The translations under genes and the position numbers were made by a program. Of a stretch of DNA of 57,902 bases, positions 26,256 through 36,743 are shown one piece after another. The DNA is from Bacillota bacterium. GTDB lineage: Bacteria > Bacillota > DTU025 > JANLFS01. The stretch is taken from NCBI GenBank assembly GCA_024655925.1, contig JANLFS010000004.1, forward strand, positions 5,201-63,102, given 5' to 3'. Under the pieces are notes generated by a model. The model saw only the letters and a program-made list of their open reading frames with translations. It searched no databases and was not told the DNA's origin. The number at the start of each line of letters is the position of its first letter. Within the stretch, counting starts at the first letter, position 1.

Positions 26256-27833
26256 TTACCCATCTGCCACGCGCTCGCACGCGCGCTCGCGGGCGAGCGC
26301 CAGGACACGCCTCGTCTGTCCGACGACAGGCGCGTCTCGGCCTGCGCGCAGGCCCGCGACCCAGATCACCCGGTCCCCCGACAGAACCACAGGGTATGAC
26401 GACCGGTCGCGTCTGGGGATCTTGAGATCGGAGAAGAGGTCCGAGAGTTTCTTGGTCCCTGCCATGCCGAACGGGGCCATCCGATCTCCCGAGCTCCAGG
26501 GCCTTGCGCTCAACTCGCCCGGAAGTTCGTCTTGATCGAATACGGCCCATTCTGTTCCGATATCATCGGGGTCACACCGAATGTCCCCCAGCCCGCACCG
26601 GGCGAAAGCAGCGCGGGCAACCGCGGCCAGACCCTGAACCCCTTGGGCATCAAGGTCTTTTTCCCGTCGCTCTTCCCCATCTGTCTCATCCACTGCCGCG
26701 AGGATCGCCCAACCAAGGTCGGAGAGGACCGTGATTCCAGGCACAGCAAGCCGGACCCTGGGAAGCGGCGCGCCGGGACTTGAGCCCACCTCCTCTGCGC
26801 CTTCCGGCGGTTCCCTCAACTCGAACACCAGCCGGTCATAGGTCAGGGTAGCCTGGACCCCTCGGGGCAGGTCCACGGAATCTCCTGCGGTGCCCAGACT
26901 GAGCAGGCGGATGAGGTTGCCGATGTGGACGTGGTAGAGGTCGCGCCTGTCCCCAGCCACCTCAGCGAAGCAAAGGTTCAACACTCGGGCGAGTAAGGAT
27001 GCGGGGAGCGCGGAGGCGAGGTCTCTGGGAAGAGACCCAGGCGGTAAAAGCGACCGGAGATGGGCCAGTTTCTCCCGGGCAAGAGAGGTGAGAAAAGCGT
27101 CATCCTCCGCAGCCGAACATGCCAGCCGTTCCAGGGCCTCTCTGATACCGGAGTTGTAGCGTGCCTCAAGAAGCGGGAGGAGTTCACGCCTGATCCGGTT
27201 CCGGGTGTATACAGTCTCCTGGTTGGATACGTCCTGCCGGGGTGAGAGCCCCCGCTCGCGAAGGAACTCCTCGATCTCAGCACGGGTCACGTGGGCAAGC
27301 GGCCGAATCACGGAAAAGCCGCCCTGCAGAGGGCGAACAGGGGGAATCCCGGCGAGCCCACGGACCCCGGTCCCTCTCACAATCCGCATGAGCACAGTCT
27401 CTGCCTGGTCATCCAGGTGATGTGCGACCGCGACTCGGGTGAATCCCAGGGACCTGGCAACCTGGGCGAAAAAGGCGTACCGCGCTGACCTGCCCGCTTC
27501 CTCTACCGATGTTCCGAGGGATCGGGACAGTGCCGCTACATCCACCTGGTCAACTGTGGAGGGGATCTTAAGACTCTCGGCAAGGTTTCGGACATACTGT
27601 GCGTCCTGCTCGGCATCGGCCCCGCGAAGCATGTGGTCGAGGTGAGCGACATGCAGACGGAGCGCCAGCATCTCACGGAGATCCGCGAGACACACGAGGA
27701 GAGCAACGGAATCCGGGCCGCCCGACACTCCTACGACCACGCCATCGCCCCGTTCCACCATCCTGTGGCGGCCCAAAGTCTCCCTCACTTTCCTGACGAG
27801 GTCCCCCACTGCCAGCACCTCCGGTATTAGCAT
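26256..27833 (-). CDS. tilS: tRNA(Ile)-lysidine synthase
   Basis: PP-loop VGVSGGPDSVAL. 525 aa with a long C-terminal domain. It sits in the classical position next to spoIIE. Confidence 0.9.
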   Translation of the reverse strand: MLIPEVLAVGDLVRKVRETLGRHRMVERGDGVVVGVSGGPDSVALLVCLADLREMLALRLHVAHLDHMLRGADAEQDAQYVRNLAESLKIPSTVDQVDVAALSRSLGTSVEEAGRSARYAFFAQVARSLGFTRVAVAHHLDDQAETVLMRIVRGTGVRGLAGIPPVRPLQGGFSVIRPLAHVTRAEIEEFLRERGLSPRQDVSNQETVYTRNRIRRELLPLLEARYNSGIREALERLACSAAEDDAFLTSLAREKLAHLRSLLPPGSLPRDLASALPASLLARVLNLCFAEVAGDRRDLYHVHIGNLIRLLSLGTAGDSVDLPRGVQATLTYDRLVFELREPPEGAEEVGSSPGAPLPRVRLAVPGITVLSDLGWAILAAVDETDGEERREKDLDAQGVQGLAAVARAAFARCGLGDIRCDPDDIGTEWAVFDQDELPGELSARPWSSGDRMAPFGMAGTKKLSDLFSDLKIPRRDRSSYPVVLSGDRVIWVAGLRAGRDAPVVGQTRRVLALARERACERVADG

Positions 27834-27870
27834 GCCGCATACAGGGTGGACCTTTCAACACAGACTCTGT

Positions 27871-30606
27871 CTATCCTGCCATCGAGAGATGGAGTCCGGG
27901 TATGCTACTCTCACCGCCAACCGGAATGAGCCTGGCTGTCAGCACGGTCATGTCGTCTGCTGGGTTCACCCTCGCCTTCTTCGAACCCTGAGCCCAATCC
28001 AGGATCGCCTTCGCGGCGTCGGAAGCCTTGTTCCCCTTCGACTGTTGAACCGCCCGGATCAACCTCTGGTCTCGGTCGGCCATGTCTCTCCTGGCCTCGA
28101 TCACCCCATCGGTGACCATTATCAGGACATCGCCCGCACGAAGGGCCCGCTTGAACCTGTTGACCGGCATGGGGGCCTTCACTCCCGCTGGAAGCGACGG
28201 GGCGCCCACCTGGACCACTTCTTTGCCGTGCTTTATGAGGCTGGGGGGTGCGCCGGCCTTGACCATCTCGACTTCCCCGGTGTACAAGTCGACTACTGCG
28301 AGATCGAGGGTGGTGAAACTCTCATCCCGCGACCGGAGGAGCATCAACATGTTCACCGCCTGGACCGCGAAATCCACCTCGAGACCGGTCTCGAGCAGCC
28401 TGGCCAGAGTCGCGGCGGCAGCCCCGCTCTCCTGGGACGCTCGAGTGCCCACCCCCATCCCGTCAGCCAGGATGATGGCCATTCTGCCGTCTCCGAGATT
28501 CCTCAGAAGGTGGGTGTCGCCCGATACCTCCAGGTTGTGGCGGGCGATCTTGACCACCTCTGTTTCCAGATCGTACTTGCGAGTGGGAAGAAGCCTGATC
28601 GAGCACTCGGTGAGTTCGCCAGCACCCCCAACGGCGTGGGGACAGCAAGCGCTCCAGACTGAGAGTGGGCGCCCCACCACCCGCGCCACGATGGGCGCGA
28701 TGGACTTGACGCACTCACCATCTCGTTGGCAGGGCCTCTTCCACATCCGCACTTCGAGTGCCTCTCCGCCAGAACGGGACACGCTCACCCTGCTGACACT
28801 GATGCCGAGCCTGCCAAGCCTCTCCTTTATCTCCCTCTCAATGTCCTCCTCGAACCGAACTCCCACTCCGATGTCTTCAGACATACTGTTGAGAGCCCGC
28901 GAGACTCCGTCCATCTGAAGCGAAAAGACCTCCGCCGCCGCGCTGAGGCTGAACCCGGCGCCGCTTCCTGCTTCTTGCCCCACATGAACCCTCGATCCGG
29001 CGCGCAGAGTGCATCCGGCCACCTCGTTTGCGGCCTCCACCAGCGGGCCTGTCCTCGCACACCGACCTGTCAAGGCCGCGGGAAGATCCTCGGGCTTCAC
29101 TTCCCCATTCAACTCGAACAGGGCAAGAACGTCCACCAGGTCGCGGCAGGTCTTGAAGAACAGATCGCCCCAGCACGTGGAGTAACGAGGGCAACCACTG
29201 CACGCCCTCTCGCGCACCGAAGACACGATCTGTGCCACCCTCATGGGCATCGAGCCTGTGGGCCCAGAGCCCTCGACCTCCAGCAGCCAACGACTCCGCT
29301 CTGAATCGGGTTCCCCAGTATTCGCAGCTGCCCCGCTGTGAACCCGTCCTTGCTGTCCGCGGGATATCTCGTGCGCGGCCTCTCCGCTGCCAGCACGGCT
29401 TACTCCGACCGCGAATGCCTCAGCCAGCTCTCCAAAGGCGTTCCCCAGTTCAGCCAGGCGCTGGGAGATGATGTAGTGAACACGCTGGGTGTACGCTCTC
29501 TCTCGCCGTGCAGCCTCGACTGTGTCAGGAACGAACCGCGCTGCACTCGAAAACAACCGTCTGGGTATAGCCAAGAACAGGATCATGGCCCCGGCCGCCT
29601 CAATGAGTGAGCACGAGAAGGCTGCCTCAGAGGAGAATTGAAACCCTACCACCACCGCCGACAGGACAAGAATGAAGCCGGCCACTGCCCGCCCCTGCCC
29701 ACGGACGGAGCCAACCATGAGGCCTGCAAGAGCCAGAGCTCCCATTGACAACACGGACCCAGTCCGTGACATGGAGAGAACCAGCCCAAGCGCAGCGCCG
29801 CCCACCGCGCCGGCTCCGGGTCCGGCGACGAACCCGACGAAGCCTGACGTGAATAGGGCCGCGATTCTGCCCGGGGATACACCGAAGACCGACAATGAGT
29901 CCAGACCGGCACAGATTGCAGAGAGCCCTATCAGAAAGCACGTCGATTCCATCGCCGTCTGAGCCCGCGACATCCCCCGTCTCGCGTATGCTAGCGTGGC
30001 CGGGATGACGAAGGCAGAGGCAATCCCGGCCACCGCCGATTCTACCAGGGCAAACGTAGCGGTATCGATCCCCGAACCGAGTAAGAGTTCAGACAGTACA
30101 GTCCCTGCGAACGAGCAGATGAGCACGGACGCCCCAACCGCCCACGACGCCTGTGGCGCTCGTTCCTCCACCAATTGATTCCTGAGCGGTTTTCGCATGG
30201 GGAAGAAAAGCACTGAGGAGACTCCGAGAGCCAGTACACCAGATCGTCCCCGGAACACCCATGATGCGGCGAGCGCGCCGGACAGGGTGGAGAGCCCGGA
30301 CGGGATTCTCCACGCCACCAGCGAAGAGGCTACTGCAACAATCCCGAAAGGCACATATGCACCGAATAAGACTGCCGACGCAGCAGCGAAGCCGACCCCG
30401 GCGAACAGCGCGGATCTGGCGGAAAGGAGATGCCTGAGAGACAACATGACATTCAGCGCCGAGCGGACCGCGCCCCGGTAGCCTGTCCCCTGCCGGCGCA
30501 CGGGTCGAGGTCCCTTGGGTTTGAGCCTCACGCCGTTAGTCCAGCGGACTTGCCCACTCTTCCTGCTGTAGGCGGGTATGCCGTCCCTCGACGCCACGCG
30601 TTCCAC
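27871..30606 (-). CDS. spoIIE: Stage II sporulation protein E (polytopic membrane PP2C phosphatase)
   Basis: About 10 N-terminal TM segments, a central regulatory region and a C-terminal PP2C domain (GDTHLLRNL...ILADGMGVG...DDMTVL). It aligns by eye with B. subtilis SpoIIE. The exact start is uncertain: GTG 30606 has poor Shine-Dalgarno spacing. Confidence 0.85.
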   Translation of the reverse strand: MERVASRDGIPAYSRKSGQVRWTNGVRLKPKGPRPVRRQGTGYRGAVRSALNVMLSLRHLLSARSALFAGVGFAAASAVLFGAYVPFGIVAVASSLVAWRIPSGLSTLSGALAASWVFRGRSGVLALGVSSVLFFPMRKPLRNQLVEERAPQASWAVGASVLICSFAGTVLSELLLGSGIDTATFALVESAVAGIASAFVIPATLAYARRGMSRAQTAMESTCFLIGLSAICAGLDSLSVFGVSPGRIAALFTSGFVGFVAGPGAGAVGGAALGLVLSMSRTGSVLSMGALALAGLMVGSVRGQGRAVAGFILVLSAVVVGFQFSSEAAFSCSLIEAAGAMILFLAIPRRLFSSAARFVPDTVEAARRERAYTQRVHYIISQRLAELGNAFGELAEAFAVGVSRAGSGEAAHEISRGQQGRVHSGAAANTGEPDSERSRWLLEVEGSGPTGSMPMRVAQIVSSVRERACSGCPRYSTCWGDLFFKTCRDLVDVLALFELNGEVKPEDLPAALTGRCARTGPLVEAANEVAGCTLRAGSRVHVGQEAGSGAGFSLSAAAEVFSLQMDGVSRALNSMSEDIGVGVRFEEDIEREIKERLGRLGISVSRVSVSRSGGEALEVRMWKRPCQRDGECVKSIAPIVARVVGRPLSVWSACCPHAVGGAGELTECSIRLLPTRKYDLETEVVKIARHNLEVSGDTHLLRNLGDGRMAIILADGMGVGTRASQESGAAAATLARLLETGLEVDFAVQAVNMLMLLRSRDESFTTLDLAVVDLYTGEVEMVKAGAPPSLIKHGKEVVQVGAPSLPAGVKAPMPVNRFKRALRAGDVLIMVTDGVIEARRDMADRDQRLIRAVQQSKGNKASDAAKAILDWAQGSKKARVNPADDMTVLTARLIPVGGESSIPGLHLSMAG

Positions 30607-30783
30607 CCCTCTGCTCTCATGCCTGCAAGAAGCAAAGATTCAGAGCAATTGTAGCATGGGGCGACGCGCAAACCTTGTAGATTCATCTAGACGCCATGCA
30701 TAGAAAACCCGGCAAAAGACCTGCAAAAAAGCAGGGTGACTGCACCAGATCTTGCACCGGCGCAGCCACCTCACGGAAGGGGA

Positions 30784-31014
30784 CTATCCGCGCCTGCGAG
30801 TGGCATCGAGGAAGAGAAGAATGCCGACGACTATCAACAATACGGGAATCAAGTGGGCGGTTCCGACCCGGAAGAAGTAGAGCCCCCGAAAGATGTTAGG
30901 TATGCATGGGAATCCGAGGCGGATGAGAGTTATGCCAAGGTTTCGGGCCAGCCAGACCACGCCTATGATCAACAGCACCAAACCGAAGAAGACTCTGTCT
31001 CTCACGCCTTTCAC
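30784..31014 (-). CDS. Small integral membrane protein (two to three TM segments), function unknown
   Basis: A 76-aa hydrophobic ORF 9 nt downstream of lpdA on the same strand; FFGLVLLIIGVVWLARNLG resembles LiaF-N/DUF5668-type domains (memory). Confidence 0.5.
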   Translation of the reverse strand: MKGVRDRVFFGLVLLIIGVVWLARNLGITLIRLGFPCIPNIFRGLYFFRVGTAHLIPVLLIVVGILLFLDATRRRG

Positions 31015-31023
31015 CTCACAACC

Positions 31024-32400
31024 TCAGATGTGAACGGCAAGCCCCATCGCAGCCTCGGCCGATTCCATCACGGTCTCGGCGAGCGTTGGGTGGGCGTGTA
31101 TGGTGTGTGCGACATCCTCGATGGTGAGCCGGTTTTGGACCGCCAGGGCCAGCTCGGCTATGAGGTCGCTCGCATGAGGTCCCACTATGTGTCCACCGAT
31201 GACACGCCGTCCGGACTGTTCCGCAAGTATCTTCACGAACCCTTCCACTTCCCCCATGGCCACTGCCTTCCCGGAGGCGGCGAACGGGAACTTGCCCACG
31301 ACGTAACTGATGCCGGATGCCCTGGCACCGACCTCTGAGAACCCGACCGTCCCCACCTCGGGACTTGTGAAGATGCAGGAGGGGACGGAGTGGTACTCCA
31401 TCTCGGTGTCTCGGCCGGCGATATTAGCCGCAACCACAAGCCCTTGCGCGGATGCAACGTGGGCGAGAGGGTTCTTGTTGGTCACGTCACCGATGGCCCA
31501 GATGCCCGGCTCGGACGTGCGCAGGCGCGAGTCCACCACGATCTCTCCGGCCGGGCCGAGTTCCAGCCCAGCCTCGACGGCCCCGGAACCCCCGATGTAT
31601 GGCTTTCGTCCCATGGACAGGATGACCTTCTCGGCCCTGAAGACCTCTCCCGTGTCGGTCTTGGCCTGGACCAGCCCATCGGAGACGTCGACTTCTGTGA
31701 TCTTGGTGGCGGTGTGAATCTTGATTCCGCGTTTCTGGAAAGATGCTGCGATCACACTAGCGACATCCGAATCTACCATCGGCAAGATGGTTGGCATTAT
31801 GTCAACCATGGTCACCTCGGACCCGAACGTCCGGAAGATGCTTGCGAACTCGCACCCGATGACTCCTGCACCTACCACCAGAATGCTCGACGGGATCGAG
31901 GTGAGCGATAGGACTTCTTCGGAAGTCAAGACGTTCCGACCATCGTGCCCGAGCATCTTGGGGGCGATGGGCACAGACCCAGTAGCTACCACGATGTTGC
32001 GGGTCTCTACCCGGCTCAGGCTGCCGTCCGCCGCCTCTATCAGGACTGCCCCAGGGGTGTCGATCCTTCCTCTCCCCGAGATCACGTCGACCTTCCACTT
32101 CTTGAGGAGAAACCCCACACCGTTCCTGAGTCTCGCGACCACCCGGTCCTTTCTGGACATGACTCTCGGGAAGTCGATGTCCACAGCCGGGATGGATATG
32201 CCGAATTCGGCCCCGCGCCGGGCGTCGGCCACCATGTCCGCAGTATGAGCAAGCGCCTTGGTGGGGATACATCCCCAGTTCAGACAGGTTCCGCCGAGAT
32301 CTGCCTTCTCCACCAGGGCACACCTGAGCCCATACTGGGCTGCACGGATAGCACAGACGTACCCACCCGGTCCACCGCCGAGGATGACCAGATCGTACAT
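31024..32400 (-). CDS. lpdA: Dihydrolipoyl dehydrogenase (E3 / L-protein)
   Basis: FAD fold MYDLVILGGGPGGY and redox disulfide GGTCLNWGCIPTK, with a C-terminal HAHPTLAE. The start is moved to ATG 32400. Confidence 0.9.
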   Translation of the reverse strand: MYDLVILGGGPGGYVCAIRAAQYGLRCALVEKADLGGTCLNWGCIPTKALAHTADMVADARRGAEFGISIPAVDIDFPRVMSRKDRVVARLRNGVGFLLKKWKVDVISGRGRIDTPGAVLIEAADGSLSRVETRNIVVATGSVPIAPKMLGHDGRNVLTSEEVLSLTSIPSSILVVGAGVIGCEFASIFRTFGSEVTMVDIMPTILPMVDSDVASVIAASFQKRGIKIHTATKITEVDVSDGLVQAKTDTGEVFRAEKVILSMGRKPYIGGSGAVEAGLELGPAGEIVVDSRLRTSEPGIWAIGDVTNKNPLAHVASAQGLVVAANIAGRDTEMEYHSVPSCIFTSPEVGTVGFSEVGARASGISYVVGKFPFAASGKAVAMGEVEGFVKILAEQSGRRVIGGHIVGPHASDLIAELALAVQNRLTIEDVAHTIHAHPTLAETVMESAEAAMGLAVHI

Positions 32401-32450
32401 GCACAATATCCCCCTTGCCTGTCCCGTTCTACATCCTTTGGGTATTCTAG

Positions 32451-33317
32451 CTACCGCCCTGCGGTTCCTGCCTGCGCAGACCCCCGGGTCACGCTCCGGG
32501 CGGAACCGCACACCTCCTGCTCGATCTCCGCTGATCGCTTCGCCGCAGCGTGGATCGCAGCCTGGAAAGTGGCAGCTACGTCAAATGAGCGGAGAACGCG
32601 GAGGCCTTCGAGGGTAGTGCCCCGGGGCGACGCCACTTGGTCCACGAGGTGTCCGGGTTCCTGGCCGGTTTCCGCCATCATCCTGCCTGCACCAAGTAGC
32701 GTCTGTATTGCGAGCTGTCTGGATACATCCGGGGGCAACCCCGCGGCCGACCCCGCTGCCTGCATCGCATCGACAATGTAATAAATGAAGGCTGGGCCGC
32801 TCCCGGACAACCCAGTGACTGCGTCGAAGTATGCCTCGTCCACTTCCCAGACCTTGCCCACCGATGAGAACACGGAACACGCCACATCTCTGGCTGTGTC
32901 ATCTGTCCCGGCGCCGAGGCAAATCGCAGTCGCTGACTCACGCACAACGCATGAGGTGTTGGTCATGGCCCTGACTATTCGAACATCCGGCCCAAGCTTG
33001 CCCGCGATGTATGTCGTGGGGATCGCGGCGGCGAGGCTTATGATCACGTGGCGTCGTTTTACGTGGGGCGCACACTGCTCGAGCGCGATCCCCATGTCCT
33101 GGGGCTTGACAGCCATGATGACAACGTCCGCGAAACGGAAGACGGTCGCTTTGGACATCGTGGAGCGGACCCCCCACCTATCTACGACCTCCCGGAGTTT
33201 CTCAGACCTTCGCCGGCCGTTCACCATGACATCGCCGGGCTCGAGGAATCCCCCGCTCACAAGCCCTCGAACCAGAGCCGAAGTAATGCGCCCAGCCCCC
33301 ACGAACCCGATCTTCAT
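32451..33317 (-). CDS. proC: Pyrroline-5-carboxylate reductase
   Basis: MKIGFVGAGRITSAL Rossmann start and the C-terminal PRGTTLEGL motif. The start is ATG 33317 or 33332. The longer track ORF would run through the T-box terminator. Confidence 0.85.
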   Translation of the reverse strand: MKIGFVGAGRITSALVRGLVSGGFLEPGDVMVNGRRRSEKLREVVDRWGVRSTMSKATVFRFADVVIMAVKPQDMGIALEQCAPHVKRRHVIISLAAAIPTTYIAGKLGPDVRIVRAMTNTSCVVRESATAICLGAGTDDTARDVACSVFSSVGKVWEVDEAYFDAVTGLSGSGPAFIYYIVDAMQAAGSAAGLPPDVSRQLAIQTLLGAGRMMAETGQEPGHLVDQVASPRGTTLEGLRVLRSFDVAATFQAAIHAAAKRSAEIEQEVCGSARSVTRGSAQAGTAGR

Positions 33318-33364
33318 ATTCAGTCCCTTCATGCTGTGCCCAACTCCGTCCTTTCCGCCCCGGA

Positions 33365-33655
33365 AAGCAAAAACGCCCCTCGCCCGTAAGGACGAAAGGC
33401 GTTGCTTCCGTGGTACCACCTTGCTCGGCACGCCATGCCGGCGCGCCCTCTGCCCGGTACGCCCTGCCCCCAACCGGGGGCACGGGTTATACCGCCCCGC
33501 ATGCTAACGGGCGGGCGCCGGCCAGGCTCATCGCCTGCTGCTCCGGGGTGGGTTCTCCCGGGTGCCCGGTGCCTTCCTCACAGCCATTCGGGAGGCTCTC
33601 TGAACCGCGCCCGGCCGGGGTACTCTTCCCCATCATTGCATTTAGCTCCTGTATT
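33365..33655 (-). promoter_or_regulatory. T-box riboswitch leader with a proline specifier (CCC)
   Basis: On the minus strand: K-turn/AG-box elements (GATGGGGAAGAGTA, CAGAGAG); specifier-loop context GAA-CCC-A (CCC = 33552..33550); T-box sequence AAGGTGGTACCACGG (33408..33424 on the plus strand); then a terminator hairpin with a T run. The downstream gene is proC. Confidence 0.8.
33372..33403 (-). terminator. Intrinsic terminator of the T-box leader
   Basis: The minus strand reads AACGCCTTTCGTCC-ttac-GGGCGAGGGGCGTT followed by TTTTGC. Its 5' arm can alternatively pair in the T-box antiterminator. Confidence 0.75.
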
Positions 33656-33662
33656 GACCATT

Positions 33663-33691
33663 ATTATACGGCTCGCGTTCCCCGACGTCAA
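33663..33691 (-). promoter_or_regulatory. Near-consensus sigma-A promoter driving the T-box/proC transcript
   Basis: The minus strand reads TTGACG (33691..33686), a 17-nt spacer, then TATAAT (33668..33663). Confidence 0.75.
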
Positions 33692-33884
33692 CAGGCAGTC
33701 GCCCGGGCAGCCTCGGTGACTGGCAATGCCTCAGATGGGTTGTCACCTCCCATACCACCAAAAAACGCCGGTCAACTCAGCTACTCGCGTGACTGGGGGC
33801 AGGACTTTCGGCGCGTATGCTGAATACAATTGGGTGCGGGGCATCGCGGACCAGGCTCCGCTCAATCTTCAGGGGGGTGGACAG

Positions 33885-34994
33885 ATGTCCGAACTGCGTA
33901 AGACGCCTCTCTATGACGCCCACGCGGCACTGGGAGCAAGGCTGATCGATTTCGGAGGATGGGCCTTGCCGGTGCAGTACACCGGGATCCTAGATGAACA
34001 CAAAGCAGTCAGAGAGCGCGCCGGCCTGTTCGATGTGTCCCATATGGGTGAGATCGACGTCGAAGGTCCGGACGCGCTCCGACTTGTCGATCACCTGGTG
34101 ACAAATGACTGCTCCGGAATGTCCCTACACCAGGTCATCTACACCCCGATGTGTTATCCTGACGGTGGGGTAGTGGATGACCTCCTCGTCTACAAGCTGG
34201 CGGAAGACCACTACCTACTCGTCGTAAACGCGTCCAACACGGAGAAAGACTTCGCGTGGGTTCAGGAGAACCTGGGTTCTCTCAACGTACACGTGAGGAA
34301 CATATCTGCGGAGACCGCGCAGCTCGCGCTGCAAGGCCCGAGAGCCGAAGAGATACTCGGGGCCCTTACCCGGGTCGACCTGCGCTCGATTAAGTTCTTC
34401 TTCGCTGTGCCCGACTGCCCGATTGCCGATAGAAAGTGCCTCGTGTCGCGGACAGGCTACACCGGTGAAGACGGTTTCGAAATCTACTGTGCTCCTGCGG
34501 ACGCCGAGCATATCTGGAACGCGCTGTTGGATGCCGGGAAACCTCTAGGCCTTTCTCCCGCTGGCCTGGGTGCGCGCGATACGCTTCGATTCGAAGCATG
34601 TCTTCCCCTCTACGGGCACGAGCTTTCGCCCGACATCTCGCCTCTCGAGGCGAACCTCGGGTTCTTCGTCAAGCTCGGCAAGGACAGTTTCATCGGCCGC
34701 GATGCACTCTTGACCCAGAAGGAGAGGGGGCTCGCCCGCAAGCAGGTGGGGTTGGAGATACTAGAGCGAGGGATTCCGAGACAGGGGTATCCGGTGCTCG
34801 CGGGAGACACCGTCGTGGGCCACGTCACATCTGGTGCCCACTCGCCCACGTTCAACCGCGGGCTGGCGCTCGCTCTGGTGCCAGTAGAACACGCTCGAGC
34901 AGGAACTGAGCTCGCCATCGACATAAGGGGCCGTGCGCACAAGGCCGTGGTAGTGAAAACCCCGTTCTATAAGAAGGCGTACAGGAAGGAGTAA
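33885..34994 (+). CDS. gcvT: Aminomethyltransferase (glycine cleavage T-protein)
   Basis: [32 protein letters not shown] and FDVSHMGE. The start is at ATG 33885, after GGGGGGTGGA. Confidence 0.95.
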   Translation: MSELRKTPLYDAHAALGARLIDFGGWALPVQYTGILDEHKAVRERAGLFDVSHMGEIDVEGPDALRLVDHLVTNDCSGMSLHQVIYTPMCYPDGGVVDDLLVYKLAEDHYLLVVNASNTEKDFAWVQENLGSLNVHVRNISAETAQLALQGPRAEEILGALTRVDLRSIKFFFAVPDCPIADRKCLVSRTGYTGEDGFEIYCAPADAEHIWNALLDAGKPLGLSPAGLGARDTLRFEACLPLYGHELSPDISPLEANLGFFVKLGKDSFIGRDALLTQKERGLARKQVGLEILERGIPRQGYPVLAGDTVVGHVTSGAHSPTFNRGLALALVPVEHARAGTELAIDIRGRAHKAVVVKTPFYKKAYRKE

Positions 34995-35001
34995 TGACAG
35001 A

Positions 35002-35385
35002 ATGGCCAGCGTCGTCAAGTTTACCCGGGATCACGAGTGGGTGCGCGTAGAAGGTAACACTGCCGCCGTCGGCATCACCGAACACGCAGTGCATGAACTC
35101 GGAGATGTCATCTTCGTAGAGTTGCCTGAAGTTGGCCTTTCGGCTAATCAGGGCGAAAAGCTCGCGGTGGTCGAATCAGTCAAGGCTGTCGCTGACGTCT
35201 TCGCCCCGGTAGGGGGAGTTGTAACTGGTGTCAACGATGCTCTGACAGGCAAGCCCGATCTGCTCAACGAGGATCCGATGGGCGAGGCCTGGATTGCAAA
35301 GCTCGAAATAGCCAATATGGGGGAACTGGACGGCCTCATGGACGCTGATGAATACGAGGCGTTCCTGAAGGAGGAAGGAGACTGA
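35002..35385 (+). CDS. gcvH: Glycine cleavage H-protein (lipoyl carrier)
   Basis: 127 aa with the lipoyl-lysine motif VVESVKAVADV. Confidence 0.95.
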   Translation: MASVVKFTRDHEWVRVEGNTAAVGITEHAVHELGDVIFVELPEVGLSANQGEKLAVVESVKAVADVFAPVGGVVTGVNDALTGKPDLLNEDPMGEAWIAKLEIANMGELDGLMDADEYEAFLKEEGD

Positions 35386-36743
35386 TGGGATCTCCCCACA
35401 GGTACATCCCCAATACCGAGAAAGACATCGAGGGGATGCTCCAGGACATCGGCGTGTCCGGTGTGGACGATCTGTTCTCAGACATCCCACCCGAGTTCAG
35501 GCTGGACAGGCCTCTCGATCTGCCTTCCGCTCTGTCTGAGCAGGAGCTGATGGCTGAAATTTCCAGGCTTGCTTCCAGGAACTCAGCCTCAGACGCCAAT
35601 GCATCCTATCTCGGAGCTGGAATCTACGACCATTATGTGCCGAGCGTCGTGGATCACATCCTGAGACGTGGCGAGTTCTACACCGCATATACTCCCTACC
35701 AGGCTGAAGTGAGTCAAGGGACGCTCCAGGTCATCTTCGAGTACCAGACTATGGTCTGTGAACTCACGGGTATGGATGTCGCCAATGCATCTCTCTACGA
35801 CGCGGGGACCGCTGTGGCGGAGGCTGCCATTATGGCGTGCTCGGCCACGGGGCGGAAGAAGGTGCTGGTGACACGCGCCACCAACCCAAGGTACCGAGAG
35901 GTCCTCGTCACTTACGCAAAGCCCAGGGGTATAGAGATCGTATTGGTGGACTACTGCCCAGCGATGGGTGTGACCCTGGCCGAGACCGTGGCCCAGTATG
36001 CTGGGCCAGGCGTGGCGTGTCTAGTTGCACAGAGCCCCAACTACTTCGGGTGTGTAGAAGACATGGAGTCCTTGGGCTCGGTCGTCCACTCCTCCGGTGG
36101 GTTGTTCGTCGCAGTGGTGAACCCCATCTCACTGGGCATTCTTGCCCCTCCCGGATCCTACGGGGCCGACATCGCCCTCGGTGAAGGGCAGGCGCTCGGG
36201 AACCCCATGAACTTCGGCGGGCCACTTCTCGGCTTCTTTGCCACCACTAACGCCTTGATAAGGCGGATGCCAGGACGCCTCGTGGGGCAAACTCAGGACT
36301 CATCCGGCAGGCGCGGGTTCGTACTGACGCTTCAGGCGCGGGAGCAGCACATAAGACGCGAAAGCGCGACCTCCAACATCTGCTCCAACGAGGCTCTGTG
36401 TGCCCTTGCCGCCGCAGTCTACTTGAGCCTCATGGGGCCGGGAGGGCTCAGGCGTGTCGCGGAACTCTGCACCTGGAAAGCCCATTACGTCAGGGACCGG
36501 ATCGCGGCAATCCCCAACTACGAGATCCCGTTTAACGGTCCGTTCTTCAATGAGTTCGTGGTGAGGGCGCCCGGATGCCCTGTCGACCGCAACCAGGCTC
36601 TCCTACGAAAGAGCATCATCGGCGGCAAGCCTCTGCGTGGGGACTATCCTGAGCTTTCTGGGTGCACGCTCTGGGCGGTCACTGAGAAGCGCACCCGCGA
36701 GCAACTTGACACCCTCGTCCGGGAACTGGAGGTGTTGGTCTGA
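35385..36743 (+). CDS. gcvPA: Glycine dehydrogenase (decarboxylating) subunit 1
   Basis: [14 protein letters not shown]-terminus; [17 protein letters not shown]-type overlaps occur on both sides. Confidence 0.95.
   Translation: MGSPHRYIPNTEKDIEGMLQDIGVSGVDDLFSDIPPEFRLDRPLDLPSALSEQELMAEISRLASRNSASDANASYLGAGIYDHYVPSVVDHILRRGEFYTAYTPYQAEVSQGTLQVIFEYQTMVCELTGMDVANASLYDAGTAVAEAAIMACSATGRKKVLVTRATNPRYREVLVTYAKPRGIEIVLVDYCPAMGVTLAETVAQYAGPGVACLVAQSPNYFGCVEDMESLGSVVHSSGGLFVAVVNPISLGILAPPGSYGADIALGEGQALGNPMNFGGPLLGFFATTNALIRRMPGRLVGQTQDSSGRRGFVLTLQAREQHIRRESATSNICSNEALCALAAAVYLSLMGPGGLRRVAELCTWKAHYVRDRIAAIPNYEIPFNGPFFNEFVVRAPGCPVDRNQALLRKSIIGGKPLRGDYPELSGCTLWAVTEKRTREQLDTLVRELEVLV

Noticed and set aside
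30607-30783. spoIIE promoter with Spo0A boxes, and a terminator for the lpdA/small-membrane-gene transcript
   Set aside because: Only a TGcTACAAT extended -10 (30648..30656, minus strand) without a credible -35 or 0A box was found, together with very short stems (CCTGC-t6-GCAGG; GCAG-n5-CTGC + T6 at 30720..30743). This is too weak to report as features.
33692-33884. Expected glycine riboswitch in front of gcvT
   Set aside because: No GGAGAG...CACCG..GGGGCAA...CTCAGGCAAAAGGAC-type aptamer elements are visible on the plus strand. Only a weak TACAAT (33825..33830) -10 candidate and a short leader are present.
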